IMG/VR virus record: IMGVR_UViG_3300032038_000017
Source of the DNA: an uncultured virus (IMG/VR IMGVR_UViG_3300032038_000017)
Taxonomy: Duplodnaviria > Heunggongvirae > Uroviricota > Caudoviricetes
Length of the DNA: 64,000 nucleotides
Reading direction: 5' to 3' (one strand)
In this document: piece by piece, positions 1 through 8,390 of the stretch
How the letters are laid out: every line of letters begins with the position of its first letter
Numbering within the stretch: the stretch's first letter is position 1
The notes under the pieces: generated by a model
What the model saw: the letters and a program-made list of their open reading frames with translations, nothing else
Databases searched by the model: none
Told to the model about the DNA's origin: nothing
Translations under genes and position numbers: made by a program

Positions 1-159
1 TTGTAGGAAGTATTACGCCTTCCCTATACCTAAGAACATAACCGTATGTTTGAACCTCATTAAAATATTTTTCTGGATTATAATTCAAATCCATTTCTTT
101 TATTTTAAGGACTAACCCTGTACCTTTCTGTTTAAGAATCTTAATCGCTTTATTAAGTT

Positions 160-480
160 TCATTCATCTGGCTCCCAAAAATAAATACAAAAAGCGTCGT
201 CGTGATATTTGATTCGTGTTTTCAAATGAAGTTTATGTGTATGGTTATAAACTACTTCTTCCACTTTTCCCTTATCAAACTTTTCGCCATTTATAAATCC
301 AACGTCTCTGGTATCTGTGTCAAAAGCATACCCAGAGCCATTAAATACACCAAGCCCCATATTAACTATTGCTTTTTCTACAATCCTAGAAACGCCCATA
401 ATGTCTACGGTACTTTTATGTTTTCTTGGTTTATAATCCGGGGATTTCCAATAAGGAACGTCTATTTCACATCGTTGCAT
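160..480 (-). CDS. hypothetical phage protein
   Basis: 106-aa ORF in a run of tightly overlapping minus-strand ORFs. Confidence 0.6.
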   Translation of the reverse strand: MQRCEIDVPYWKSPDYKPRKHKSTVDIMGVSRIVEKAIVNMGLGVFNGSGYAFDTDTRDVGFINGEKFDKGKVEEVVYNHTHKLHLKTRIKYHDDAFCIYFWEPDE

Positions 481-680
481 TTACATTCCTCATTATTTGT
501 AATTATAAGTCTTGCAGTTTTATCGGACAAAACTTCAACGTCAAACATCGGTTCTTTTATGACAACGGTACTTTCACAACCGTTACAAATAGTATGCACT
601 TCAAGTTCGTGCATTGCATAACCTTCGTGTCCTTTCGTCTGTAAAAGACTGCAAAGCTGGGAAATGTTTACTTTCATCAA
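462..680 (-). CDS. hypothetical phage protein
   Basis: 72-aa ORF, start overlaps the upstream stop, AGGAGG Shine-Dalgarno on the minus strand. Confidence 0.55.
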   Translation of the reverse strand: MMKVNISQLCSLLQTKGHEGYAMHELEVHTICNGCESTVVIKEPMFDVEVLSDKTARLIITNNEECKCNDVK

Positions 681-1150
681 GGTTCCTCCTTTTTATTCAA
701 AATTTCTATTATTTTTTCAACGTCAGACAGTTCTATCCCTTTTGAACCATTGACACGCACCAAGTTTGGTAAATCTACATACTGGTCGTCAAGAATAGCA
801 TATTTTTCTACATTGTGTTCTTTTATGTAATCATAAATTTCATCACCACGACGACCATACCCGTAGTTTGGCAAAAGACCAAACTCGCCGTCAAAATCTA
901 TACCGTACTTTTTGAAGATTTTATAGGCGTAATTATACATCTTGTATTTTCGTAGTGTTTTCCAACCGTTACGCCAGCTACTTGATAATACATAATCACA
1001 CCCAGTAGTGTCATGAATGTCTTTAAGAAGTTTTACTTTTTCTTCGTCGATGCACTTCCATTCGGCTTCATTATCTGGAACTTTTGCAAAGAATCCGTCA
1101 TGATTAAGAACACCGTCAATGTCCAAAAAGACAATCTTCTTAAAGTTCAT
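677..1150 (-). CDS. HAD-family phosphatase (Swiss-Army-knife RNA-repair-type HAD domain)
   Basis: FLDIDGVLN motif I, LSSSWR, RGDEI and YAILDD; likely start is MNFKK at 1150. Confidence 0.8.
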   Translation of the reverse strand: MNFKKIVFLDIDGVLNHDGFFAKVPDNEAEWKCIDEEKVKLLKDIHDTTGCDYVLSSSWRNGWKTLRKYKMYNYAYKIFKKYGIDFDGEFGLLPNYGYGRRGDEIYDYIKEHNVEKYAILDDQYVDLPNLVRVNGSKGIELSDVEKIIEILNKKEEP

Positions 1151-1151
1151 A

Positions 1152-1676
1152 CTACCATCTAACCTCTTGCATTCCCAAAAGACCACCAAAATCTGAATCA
1201 ACTTTATAATCATCATTTTCACGGGACTGAATGTTTTTCAAAAGTTTTTCAGACGTAAACTTCATTGTATCTGGGTCGATAAAACAACTTACATGATTAT
1301 TCAACCACCAACCCCAGACCAGTTGTGCAAGATTTCCAATTTTTTTACCAAAATCAAACTGGGCAATGTGACTACTCGGTATAAAATCGTCCAAGGTATT
1401 CAGTGCTTTAATCAGCTCGCTCGGCGTGATGTTACCTAAGTCAATGTTCAAATGTCGCAAGTCTGCATTTTCACGCTCGTCCATATAATTCAAACGAATG
1501 TAAAACTTACAAAGATTTAATACATGGTTGGCAGCAACACGTAGGGACATGTCTTGAAAGGAATCCTCAGTGTCTTGACCGTCATAAACTATAACAACTT
1601 CAATTTCGAATGAGAACTCGTCGTTTTTATGTGACGAATGAATAAACTTTTCAAATATTCGCTTTTTTTCATTCAT
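1152..1676 (-). CDS. hypothetical phage protein
   Basis: 174-aa ORF coupled to its neighbours. Confidence 0.6.
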   Translation of the reverse strand: MNEKKRIFEKFIHSSHKNDEFSFEIEVVIVYDGQDTEDSFQDMSLRVAANHVLNLCKFYIRLNYMDERENADLRHLNIDLGNITPSELIKALNTLDDFIPSSHIAQFDFGKKIGNLAQLVWGWWLNNHVSCFIDPDTMKFTSEKLLKNIQSRENDDYKVDSDFGGLLGMQEVRW

Positions 1677-2392
1677 TAGGCATTTTTCTCCTTCAACCAG
1701 TCTACTATTTTTTGTTCTTCTACTTCTGGATTAAGTATGCAATCTGTCCACTTAAAATCAAAGATTTTCCATCCAAGACATTTATAAAGGTTTCTTGACT
1801 TTTCAGAAATGTTGTCGTCAAATACAAATACAACCTTTAACCATACAGACAAAACAAGTTGGTCTATAAATGACCAAGAATCTTGTAGTATTACGCTTTC
1901 GTGGACACCATTTTTTTCGAATACAGACTGCACCCAGCTTAACTGTAAAAACTTATCGTCGTCAATAGCCATTACTTTATTTTTAATAGCATTATTTCTT
2001 TTTACTTTCTGCAAGTATTCTACTGCGTGCCTTAAAGTAATGCCCATTGCTTCGGCTGCAATTACACCGTCACATCTGTGATTTACCAAACAATCTCTAT
2101 GTGTTTCCAACTTATTTTTAGACATACCTATTGGTTGTCCACAAAAAGGGCACTTTCCAGTCGGCTCGTCATAAATGAACTCTTTACAAGGTGTCCCTGC
2201 TTTACGCATTTCACGTCTGTGGTTATAAAACTTCTCCCTACTAGGAAATACTTGACCACACGTGCACTTCCATTCGACTGCACTTCTTTTTAATTTTAAG
2301 CAGTCGGCACATCGCCTAAGACCCGTTGGATTATTCGGGTCGGCAGAGGGATATTCGTATGGTTTTCCACAAACATGACATATTCTTCGCAT
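1676..2392 (-). CDS. multi-zinc-finger protein with degenerate DUF559/Vsr-like endonuclease C-terminus
   Basis: CxxC, CxCG...H and CPFCG...H knuckles; C-terminal FID...KVVFVFDD...LGWKIFDFKW resembles the DUF559 pattern. Confidence 0.5.
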   Translation of the reverse strand: MRRICHVCGKPYEYPSADPNNPTGLRRCADCLKLKRSAVEWKCTCGQVFPSREKFYNHRREMRKAGTPCKEFIYDEPTGKCPFCGQPIGMSKNKLETHRDCLVNHRCDGVIAAEAMGITLRHAVEYLQKVKRNNAIKNKVMAIDDDKFLQLSWVQSVFEKNGVHESVILQDSWSFIDQLVLSVWLKVVFVFDDNISEKSRNLYKCLGWKIFDFKWTDCILNPEVEEQKIVDWLKEKNA

Positions 2393-2402
2393 TATATGAA
2401 TA

Positions 2403-2948
2403 TTAATAGACTGCCTTTATACCGTATGAATAACCGTCACGAAGCGGATTATAGCCGAGGGATTCAAAATAATCACAAAGGTAATTCCATTCTATAACAT
2501 TATGGTCGGCGGATTTTATTTCTGCACAACTTAAAGCTGCGTGGCAAAGTTCGTGAATAATCAAGTTATCTGGTATCTCATATTTCGGATTATGAAGAAT
2601 CCAGATGCATTCATTATCTTTACAACAAGTCGCAGTTACATTATCATATTCCTTAGCGTTAAGGATGTCTGCGTATCTGATTTCTCTTGTAATCGGAAAC
2701 CAGGTTTTATCAAAAAGCTTTTCGAGCTCTTTTCCTCTATTTCTAAGTTCGTTATCATACTTAAAAACGCAAGGAACATTATTAACCATAGTGTTAAACT
2801 CTTTTGAAGCTTTATAGTTATTTTCAAGTTCTGTATTATAGCTACTTACAGTATCATTTGCTATGGAACTACACTGTTTGATACAAGATGTAAAAATGAT
2901 AATGTCTGTAATAATAACTACAAAAAGAACTGTAAAAAGCTTTTTCAT
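2403..2948 (-). CDS. membrane-anchored HExxH zinc metallopeptidase-like protein
   Basis: Start MKKLF at 2948 after GAGG; N-terminal hydrophobic segment; LIIHELCH...DH motif. Confidence 0.6.
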   Translation of the reverse strand: MKKLFTVLFVVIITDIIIFTSCIKQCSSIANDTVSSYNTELENNYKASKEFNTMVNNVPCVFKYDNELRNRGKELEKLFDKTWFPITREIRYADILNAKEYDNVTATCCKDNECIWILHNPKYEIPDNLIIHELCHAALSCAEIKSADHNVIEWNYLCDYFESLGYNPLRDGYSYGIKAVY

Positions 2949-2969
2949 CTGTTTCCTCTTGCCTTGAAT

Positions 2970-3000
2970 ATTATAACTCTTGTAAATTTTACCCTGTAAA
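2970..3000 (-). promoter_or_regulatory. class A promoter TTTACAGGGTAAA...GTTATAAT (19-bp spacer)
   Basis: Same motif and spacing at 6993-7023, 7533-7563, 15365-15395 and 15458-15488. Confidence 0.75.
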
Positions 3001-3137
3001 AATTCCATATATAAATTTCGAATTCAAATCTAAATTTAGAAAAAATTCAACCTTAAAAATTCCTACCTACCCCTCATAATATGTATAACCAGAATTTCCA
3101 AAAAATTCACCTTTTTAAAGAAAATTCGTAAAAAATT
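2995..3137. repeat. ~140-bp dispersed direct repeat, copy 1
   Basis: Matches 41009-41150, with identical 30-bp TTCCTACCTACCCCTCATAATATGTATAAC and 27-bp AAAAAATTCACCTTTTTAAAGAAAATT blocks. Confidence 0.9.
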
Positions 3138-3182
3138 CCTATTATTTTTTGTATAGTATTTTTAGTTAATATCTACTATACT

Positions 3183-4127
3183 ATGGAAAGAAAAGTAGGT
3201 TTACAACAAATGACCGAAGTCCCAACAAAAATAGATTATTGGGGCTTACAAGTGCCAACATATGAAAGTAACTTTAGCACAAATCCTAGATGGCGAAATA
3301 ATGAAGACGACCAGTTTATTTGTACTGCCGTTTTCAGAAAAAGCTATGTAGAAAAGATAAACGCAGAAGGTGGCACACTGTCAAGAAGTGCAGACAACAT
3401 GCTCCCCGCATTTTTTGTATACGAATCTGATACTCTACCTATACCAGAACAACTTAAAGTCTGTAAAAGTATTCTTAACGACCCACTGGTTGCAAGTTGG
3501 ATTTTTAGTCAGACATTTTCTGGAAGTAAATCAATTCATACTCTAGTCTATATTGCCCCAGAATTCCGTGAAAGCATAACAAAGGATTTTAAATTTTACT
3601 GGCGTGAAGTTGGTGAACGCATCTTCGGCGAAAACATGACTGGAATGCTAGACCAACAGTGTGCGTCTATTGCACGTCTTTCCAGAAACCCAAACGGAAT
3701 ACGTATCAAAGATTCTGGCGAAAAGATAAAACAAACTTGTATTTACTATAACCCGGACAGTGTAAACCACCCTATAAACCTTAGTGGATGGATAACGGAA
3801 CATACAAAATTCCTGGAACAACTTGAAATCAGAATGCAAGCCGATGCTAAAAAGCGAATGGAAGCATATGCTAATGCAGTTGATGAAAAGAAAAAACTTG
3901 AAGGTATTTACAATAAAGGTAATTGTAGTGAATCGTTCAAGTTAGCCTATAAAGTTTTGGTTGAAGGTGTATGTCCACAAGGTGGTAAATACATTTCGGC
4001 AGCAAGTTCACTTCACGGTTGTGGTTTTTCTAAAACCATAATTCGGGAAATGCTTGAACGAGCTTCGGCAGCACATCCGTCTAACATTTCACAAAAACGT
4101 GTAAATCAGATAATTGACCGACTTTGA
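3183..4127 (+). CDS. archaeo-eukaryotic primase (AEP/RepB-like primase-polymerase)
   Basis: VYESDTLPIPEQ, SGSKSIH and D...ARLSRNPNGIR match phage AEP motifs I-III; helical C-terminus. Confidence 0.7.
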   Translation: MERKVGLQQMTEVPTKIDYWGLQVPTYESNFSTNPRWRNNEDDQFICTAVFRKSYVEKINAEGGTLSRSADNMLPAFFVYESDTLPIPEQLKVCKSILNDPLVASWIFSQTFSGSKSIHTLVYIAPEFRESITKDFKFYWREVGERIFGENMTGMLDQQCASIARLSRNPNGIRIKDSGEKIKQTCIYYNPDSVNHPINLSGWITEHTKFLEQLEIRMQADAKKRMEAYANAVDEKKKLEGIYNKGNCSESFKLAYKVLVEGVCPQGGKYISAASSLHGCGFSKTIIREMLERASAAHPSNISQKRVNQIIDRL

Positions 4128-4179
4128 AAAAATAGGTTAGTATCTAAATAAATAGAATAAATTATAAGGAGAACGGAAA

Positions 4180-4578
4180 ATGAACTTCCCATTGAAAGGC
4201 GACGAAAAGTTTCTTAGGAATCTTAAAAAAGATACACCACTTTACATCGCAGAAGTAAACTGGAATAAGGACTCTGGTAAAATGGATTTGGTTATTAAGA
4301 CTATTCTTTTTGACCATTATGAACAGAAAATGATGGACGGCGACAAAAATAGTATTCCGGCAGTTTTACGTAAAGGCTCAATTTCTACAGAAACACACAA
4401 CATCCTTTACGGCTTTTATGAAACACCTATGAAGGCTATGGAATCTATGCGTCAACTTTATCAAGCTGGCTTAGACGCAACCAAGCAAGCTATTAAAGAA
4501 GAGAACAAACGTTTACAGAAACTGGTAAACGCAACTTTACCGAGTGGACACACAAGCCCAAAGACAGAAGTAAAATAA
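4180..4578 (+). CDS. hypothetical protein
   Basis: 132-aa ORF, AAGGAG SD. Confidence 0.75.
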   Translation: MNFPLKGDEKFLRNLKKDTPLYIAEVNWNKDSGKMDLVIKTILFDHYEQKMMDGDKNSIPAVLRKGSISTETHNILYGFYETPMKAMESMRQLYQAGLDATKQAIKEENKRLQKLVNATLPSGHTSPKTEVK

Positions 4579-4613
4579 GCTTTGTTTATAAAAATGAAAA
4601 AGGAGAAAATGCA

Positions 4614-5225
4614 ATGTTAAACAAATCAGTAAATGGACATAAATGGATATCAGTAGCTTTGGATAAGTTAAAGGCTTATCTAGGTAGAGCACCTATTATC
4701 GTAAGTGACATTACAGGGACTGTTGACGGTCAGGACGGTGTTTTTATCGTTTTGAACGATAAAAAGAAAAAGAACTTCTTTCCATACGAGTACGAGGAAG
4801 ACCCAAAAGTTTGGGTACACGGAATTAAGAACTGGCTTGTAAACTATTATCCAAGACTTATAGAAACTATAACTGCTCCGGTAGAACTTACTGCCGACGA
4901 AAAAGCACTTATAGTTGAAAGAACTGGCTCCATTGATAATTTACCGGATTATCAGGAAAAAGTAATTCAGAAAAATTCTTGGCGTATTGACAAGATTCTG
5001 GCTCACCGTGACATTTTCCTTCTTCAAAAGGAAGGGGAGATAAGCGAAAACGGTGATTTTATTCCGGCAGAAAATCCTATTATGCGTAGGTTTAAGTATA
5101 CTGGTAGCACAATTATCTTTTTGAAAAAGTATCGTTCTTCTACTTATGAAGAACTTCCAGAAATAAGTAAAGACTTCTTTACTAATGCAATTCCTCTTGA
5201 CGACGTAGCAATCCGAAACGAATAG
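4614..5225 (+). CDS. hypothetical protein
   Basis: 203-aa ORF, AAGGAG SD, followed by a terminator. Confidence 0.75.
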   Translation: MLNKSVNGHKWISVALDKLKAYLGRAPIIVSDITGTVDGQDGVFIVLNDKKKKNFFPYEYEEDPKVWVHGIKNWLVNYYPRLIETITAPVELTADEKALIVERTGSIDNLPDYQEKVIQKNSWRIDKILAHRDIFLLQKEGEISENGDFIPAENPIMRRFKYTGSTIIFLKKYRSSTYEELPEISKDFFTNAIPLDDVAIRNE

Positions 5226-5235
5226 CAAAAATAGG

Positions 5236-5265
5236 AAGACTAGCCGTAAAAAGCTAGTCTTTTTT
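5236..5265 (+). terminator. intrinsic terminator
   Basis: AAGACTAGC-8 nt-GCTAGTCTT followed by a T-run. Confidence 0.8.
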
Positions 5266-5424
5266 ATAATTCGAGATAAAATTTGTAAGTTTTTAACCTT
5301 TTTAAAATGTTTCTACTAAATATGTTAGATTACTGATAATGAAGTCGTCTCTCTTTATTTTTCAGTATTGAATACGGAATTAATAAAAACACATAAAATA
5401 TAAACTTTATAAGGGGATTAGTGA

Positions 5425-5751
5425 ATGGCAGATTCATTTACAGAAGACTATGAAAGCTTGAAAAAAGCCATGAGCAGTTTAGGTTTGTTGCCTAACAGTG
5501 GTAATTTTTCGAAGTTTTCAGCAACTGTTAATAACGTGAATGTTAATGTCGCTGCACGTATCGCTACTCAAAAACCATTATTCCGTATTGGCTCGTCTGA
5601 AGTTTATGAAGACAAGTTCTATCAATACCAAATTTGGGCAGAGAGAAACGGTAACACACTTACTTCCATTTCTGGTGGTGGTGAAGGCAGTCTTGACGTT
5701 GAAAGCATTAAAAGTGCAGTTACTGAAGTCTTGAACAAGATTAAAGCCTAG
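5425..5751 (+). CDS. hypothetical protein
   Basis: 108-aa ORF, AAGGGG SD, upstream CTAAAT motif. Confidence 0.7.
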   Translation: MADSFTEDYESLKKAMSSLGLLPNSGNFSKFSATVNNVNVNVAARIATQKPLFRIGSSEVYEDKFYQYQIWAERNGNTLTSISGGGEGSLDVESIKSAVTEVLNKIKA

Positions 5752-5954
5752 TGTTTGGATGATTGGTGGGACATCATGCGACTGACATATAAAATGTCAT
5801 CTGGCACGACCCTTCCTTTACTTACGTTTCCAAACTTTCTCTTCATTTCTTTTCCGCATTTCTCACAAATCGGACTTAGTGGTTTCGTCCCCGCTTCAAA
5901 GTTCACTTCTTTAGTCTCATTACAGTCTTTGCAAATAAAAATTGCTTTGCTCAT
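5748..5954 (-). CDS. FmdB-like zinc-ribbon protein
   Basis: FICKDC...CEKCGKEMKRKF pattern. Confidence 0.7.
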   Translation of the reverse strand: MSKAIFICKDCNETKEVNFEAGTKPLSPICEKCGKEMKRKFGNVSKGRVVPDDILYVSRMMSHQSSKH

Positions 5955-5956
5955 TT

Positions 5957-6508
5957 TTATCGTTCCTTCAAAATGTTCGTAAGCCCAGTTTCTAATGGCT
6001 TATTCTTTTCTATGTAACCTTTAAGAACCAAATCCATGTTTCCATAGACTTTTTCCAAAGTTTCCTTAGTAATTATATTATCAAAGGTAAAAAGATTTTT
6101 ATGAACCTCATTATAAGGCAACTGTTCAAGTTTATCCTTATGAATAGAGAACTTGTTCTTGTAGAGTTCACCCATAAAATCGTTCCATTCAAATACATAC
6201 ATTCTCTGGTCGCCACGAGCAACATTTACACCGAGGATAACATAGGAAATAATACCATTGCATTTATTGTATGTATTAAGATAATAATTTTGATGTGGCT
6301 CTATCTTCTGAAAATTAAAAGCCGACATAGCCTTCAAGTATTTTGCTTCCCAACAAACAAAATGTAATCCGTCTTCTTTTTCAATAGTTCCAATACCGTC
6401 GAAACAACGCTGACTGGTAGACTGGAACGCTCCACTTGGGTCCGGGATTTTAAAACCATCTTTTAATGAGTTTCTAATAATGGTACAAACTTCTGCTTCG
6501 TTTTTCAA
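5957..6508 (-). CDS. RecU-like Holliday junction resolvase (PD-(D/E)xK)
   Basis: CFDGIG...WEAK...FNFQKIEPHQ; TTG start with GGAGG SD. Confidence 0.7.
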   Translation of the reverse strand: MKNEAEVCTIIRNSLKDGFKIPDPSGAFQSTSQRCFDGIGTIEKEDGLHFVCWEAKYLKAMSAFNFQKIEPHQNYYLNTYNKCNGIISYVILGVNVARGDQRMYVFEWNDFMGELYKNKFSIHKDKLEQLPYNEVHKNLFTFDNIITKETLEKVYGNMDLVLKGYIEKNKPLETGLTNILKER

Positions 6509-6550
6509 AACGAACCTCCTGATAATATTTAGGAGCTACTACCTAAAGCC

Positions 6551-6594
6551 AAAAAAGTCCGCCTATCATTGAGCATCTTGATAAACGGACCTTT
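6551..6594 (-). terminator. intrinsic terminator downstream of ncRNA 6604-6950
   Basis: Minus strand GGUCCGUUUAUCA...UGAUAGGCGGACU then U-run; G-U pairs form on the minus strand. Confidence 0.8.
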
Positions 6595-6603
6595 ATTTGG
6601 TAG

Positions 6604-6950
6604 TAATTAAGAACGCCAAGTCGGTTGTAAACCCGCTATTTTACAAATCTTCTAATTTTCCGAGTACTTTATCTTCCCCGTACTTATCGACGTTTTTTAT
6701 GAAAAAAGGGCGGTAGCGAGGTGCCCGTTTCAAACGTTTTAAACTATCTTAACTTGGCATACACGCAAGTATGGAACAAGCCACGTTTTCCGTCAAGCTC
6801 TTCCTGTACTTCTAGGTTGTCGTACTAGTCTCGAACGATAACGATTTATAAGCCTAGATACTGCAAGTCCAGGTAAAAGACTTACGACCTATAAACTATA
6901 CTGTTACCTCAGTGTTAGGGCTCAGTGATTACGGATTAATATCTTAATCA
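6604..6950 (-). ncRNA. putative ~350-nt structured ncRNA (group-I-intron-like core topology, family unknown)
   Basis: ORF-free; ACTAATTA motif at 6953-6960; 5' UGAUUAAGA pairs with 3' UCUUAAUUA; several internal helices with G-U wobbles on the minus strand; own terminator. Confidence 0.65.
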
Positions 6951-6992
6951 GTTAATTAGTAAGAATGTAAGTTTTTCTATTAAAAATGTGTT

Positions 6993-7023
6993 TTTACAGG
7001 GTAAAAGTTCGCAAGGTTATAAT
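6993..7023 (+). promoter_or_regulatory. class A promoter
   Basis: TTTACA-GGGTAAAAGTTCGCAAGGT-TATAAT. Confidence 0.75.
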
Positions 7024-7046
7024 ATACAGACTAGAAGAGGTAAATT

Positions 7047-7490
7047 ATGGGATTTTTCGGAAACATTTTTAATAAGGAAAAACACTTGGTTACAGACGAA
7101 GACTTTGACAAAAGATACAAAATCGTTGTCATTAAGGGGTTCAACGATACCACCCCCTACATTTGTGAAATCGACGACGATAGATACACAAGTGTTCTGT
7201 TTGATTTCCCTAAGGATTACTCTGCTAAAGATATAAAAGTTTACAAGTTTTCAACTGGCGTAAAGGAACTCTGTGTAAAAGAACTACGTTCTTTGCTCTT
7301 CTACAAGGACTATAAATTTAATAGAGAAGATTTTATTAATTACCTCAAAAAAGCTGGGTGTTCAGATATCGTTATCGACGGTTTTATAGACTGCACTTCA
7401 AGCGACATTAACAAAGATAAAATGCCAAAAACAAATTATCTTAAAGTCTATGACTACGACGGAAAGTTTATTGGCACAAAAAGAAAATAG
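7047..7490 (+). CDS. hypothetical protein
   Basis: 147-aa ORF, GAGG SD, class A promoter. Confidence 0.75.
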   Translation: MGFFGNIFNKEKHLVTDEDFDKRYKIVVIKGFNDTTPYICEIDDDRYTSVLFDFPKDYSAKDIKVYKFSTGVKELCVKELRSLLFYKDYKFNREDFINYLKKAGCSDIVIDGFIDCTSSDINKDKMPKTNYLKVYDYDGKFIGTKRK

Positions 7491-7532
7491 GCTATGTCTG
7501 TAAAAACGGTTGATATTGAAAATTGATAAAAT

Positions 7533-7563
7533 TTTACAGGGTAAATGGCAGATAGGTTATAAT
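7533..7563 (+). promoter_or_regulatory. class A promoter
   Basis: TTTACA-GGGTAAATGGCAGATAGGT-TATAAT. Confidence 0.75.
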
Positions 7564-7591
7564 ACTTAAACTGGAAAGATTGGAGGTAAGT

Positions 7592-7834
7592 ATGATTAAT
7601 TTTGACGAATGGGTTGCAGACGTTTCTTCAAAGTATAGTGTAGGTGTATTTAAGTATAGCCTTGAAAATGTGCAGCTCGGTTGTGTTTCTTTGAAAGAAG
7701 GACTTGAATACGCTAAAAAACTAAAAATACCTTTTATCTGTTATAACACAAGTTCTGATGAAAAAAAGAAAGTTTGTAAAGAACTTAACGACATTGTTGG
7801 TGTAGCTGGAATTTCTGGGACAGAACCATGCTAA
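7592..7834 (+). CDS. hypothetical protein
   Basis: ATG at 7592 after GGAGG; class A promoter. Confidence 0.7.
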   Translation: MINFDEWVADVSSKYSVGVFKYSLENVQLGCVSLKEGLEYAKKLKIPFICYNTSSDEKKKVCKELNDIVGVAGISGTEPC

Positions 7835-8301
7835 ATATTCCTTGCTTGTTCTTCAACGTCGTGCATAACGTTCTTATAAGCTTCGCCCTCACCACAAATT
7901 CTTACATAGTCAGCCATGTACCGAATGTATTTTAGTCTTAAAACAGGGCTGTGTATGTTTGTATTAACTATGTTTGTAAACTCACGAATAAAATCATCAA
8001 CAGTATTATTAGGTCTGTCTTCCCAAGGTAAACTGCGTATGTCTCGTAGTCGGGCTTCCTTTTCGGTTCTATGTCTTTCACTATTATAATGACTATTTAA
8101 TGTTGCTTTTAATTTAGGTGTAGATTTATACCAATCTTGTATAAGTTCTTCATCATGTTCTAAATCACAATCATTCCGTAAATACAAATAATACGCTTGA
8201 GCAGTTTCTTCTGAAAAGCGACTCAAACTATGTTCTGATTCAAAAAGACGGTTTTTGGACTCAAAAAATACTTCTTCAAAAAAGTGAAATGGTTTTACCA
8301 T
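7831..8301 (-). CDS. hypothetical protein (late, possibly virion-internal)
   Basis: 156-aa ORF; ACTAATTATTT directly before ATG; FFEE/FFES/LFES in the N-terminus. Confidence 0.7.
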   Translation of the reverse strand: MVKPFHFFEEVFFESKNRLFESEHSLSRFSEETAQAYYLYLRNDCDLEHDEELIQDWYKSTPKLKATLNSHYNSERHRTEKEARLRDIRSLPWEDRPNNTVDDFIREFTNIVNTNIHSPVLRLKYIRYMADYVRICGEGEAYKNVMHDVEEQARNI

Positions 8302-8349
8302 AAATAATTAGTTGCTACCTAGGTAGCAACACTATTTACTAACATAGCC

Positions 8350-8383
8350 AAAATAAAATAGGCTATACCTTTCAGTATAGCCT
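8350..8383 (-). terminator. intrinsic terminator
   Basis: AGGCTATAC-6 nt-GTATAGCCT with a U-rich tail on the minus strand. Confidence 0.7.
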
Positions 8384-8390
8384 TAATAAA

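Noticed and set aside
6604..6950. RNase P RNA or tmRNA (similar length, paired ends)
   Set aside because: Lacks the GAGGAAAGUCC and ACAGAACCCGGCUUA P4 strands, and lacks tmRNA GGGG...UUCGA/CCACCA ends.
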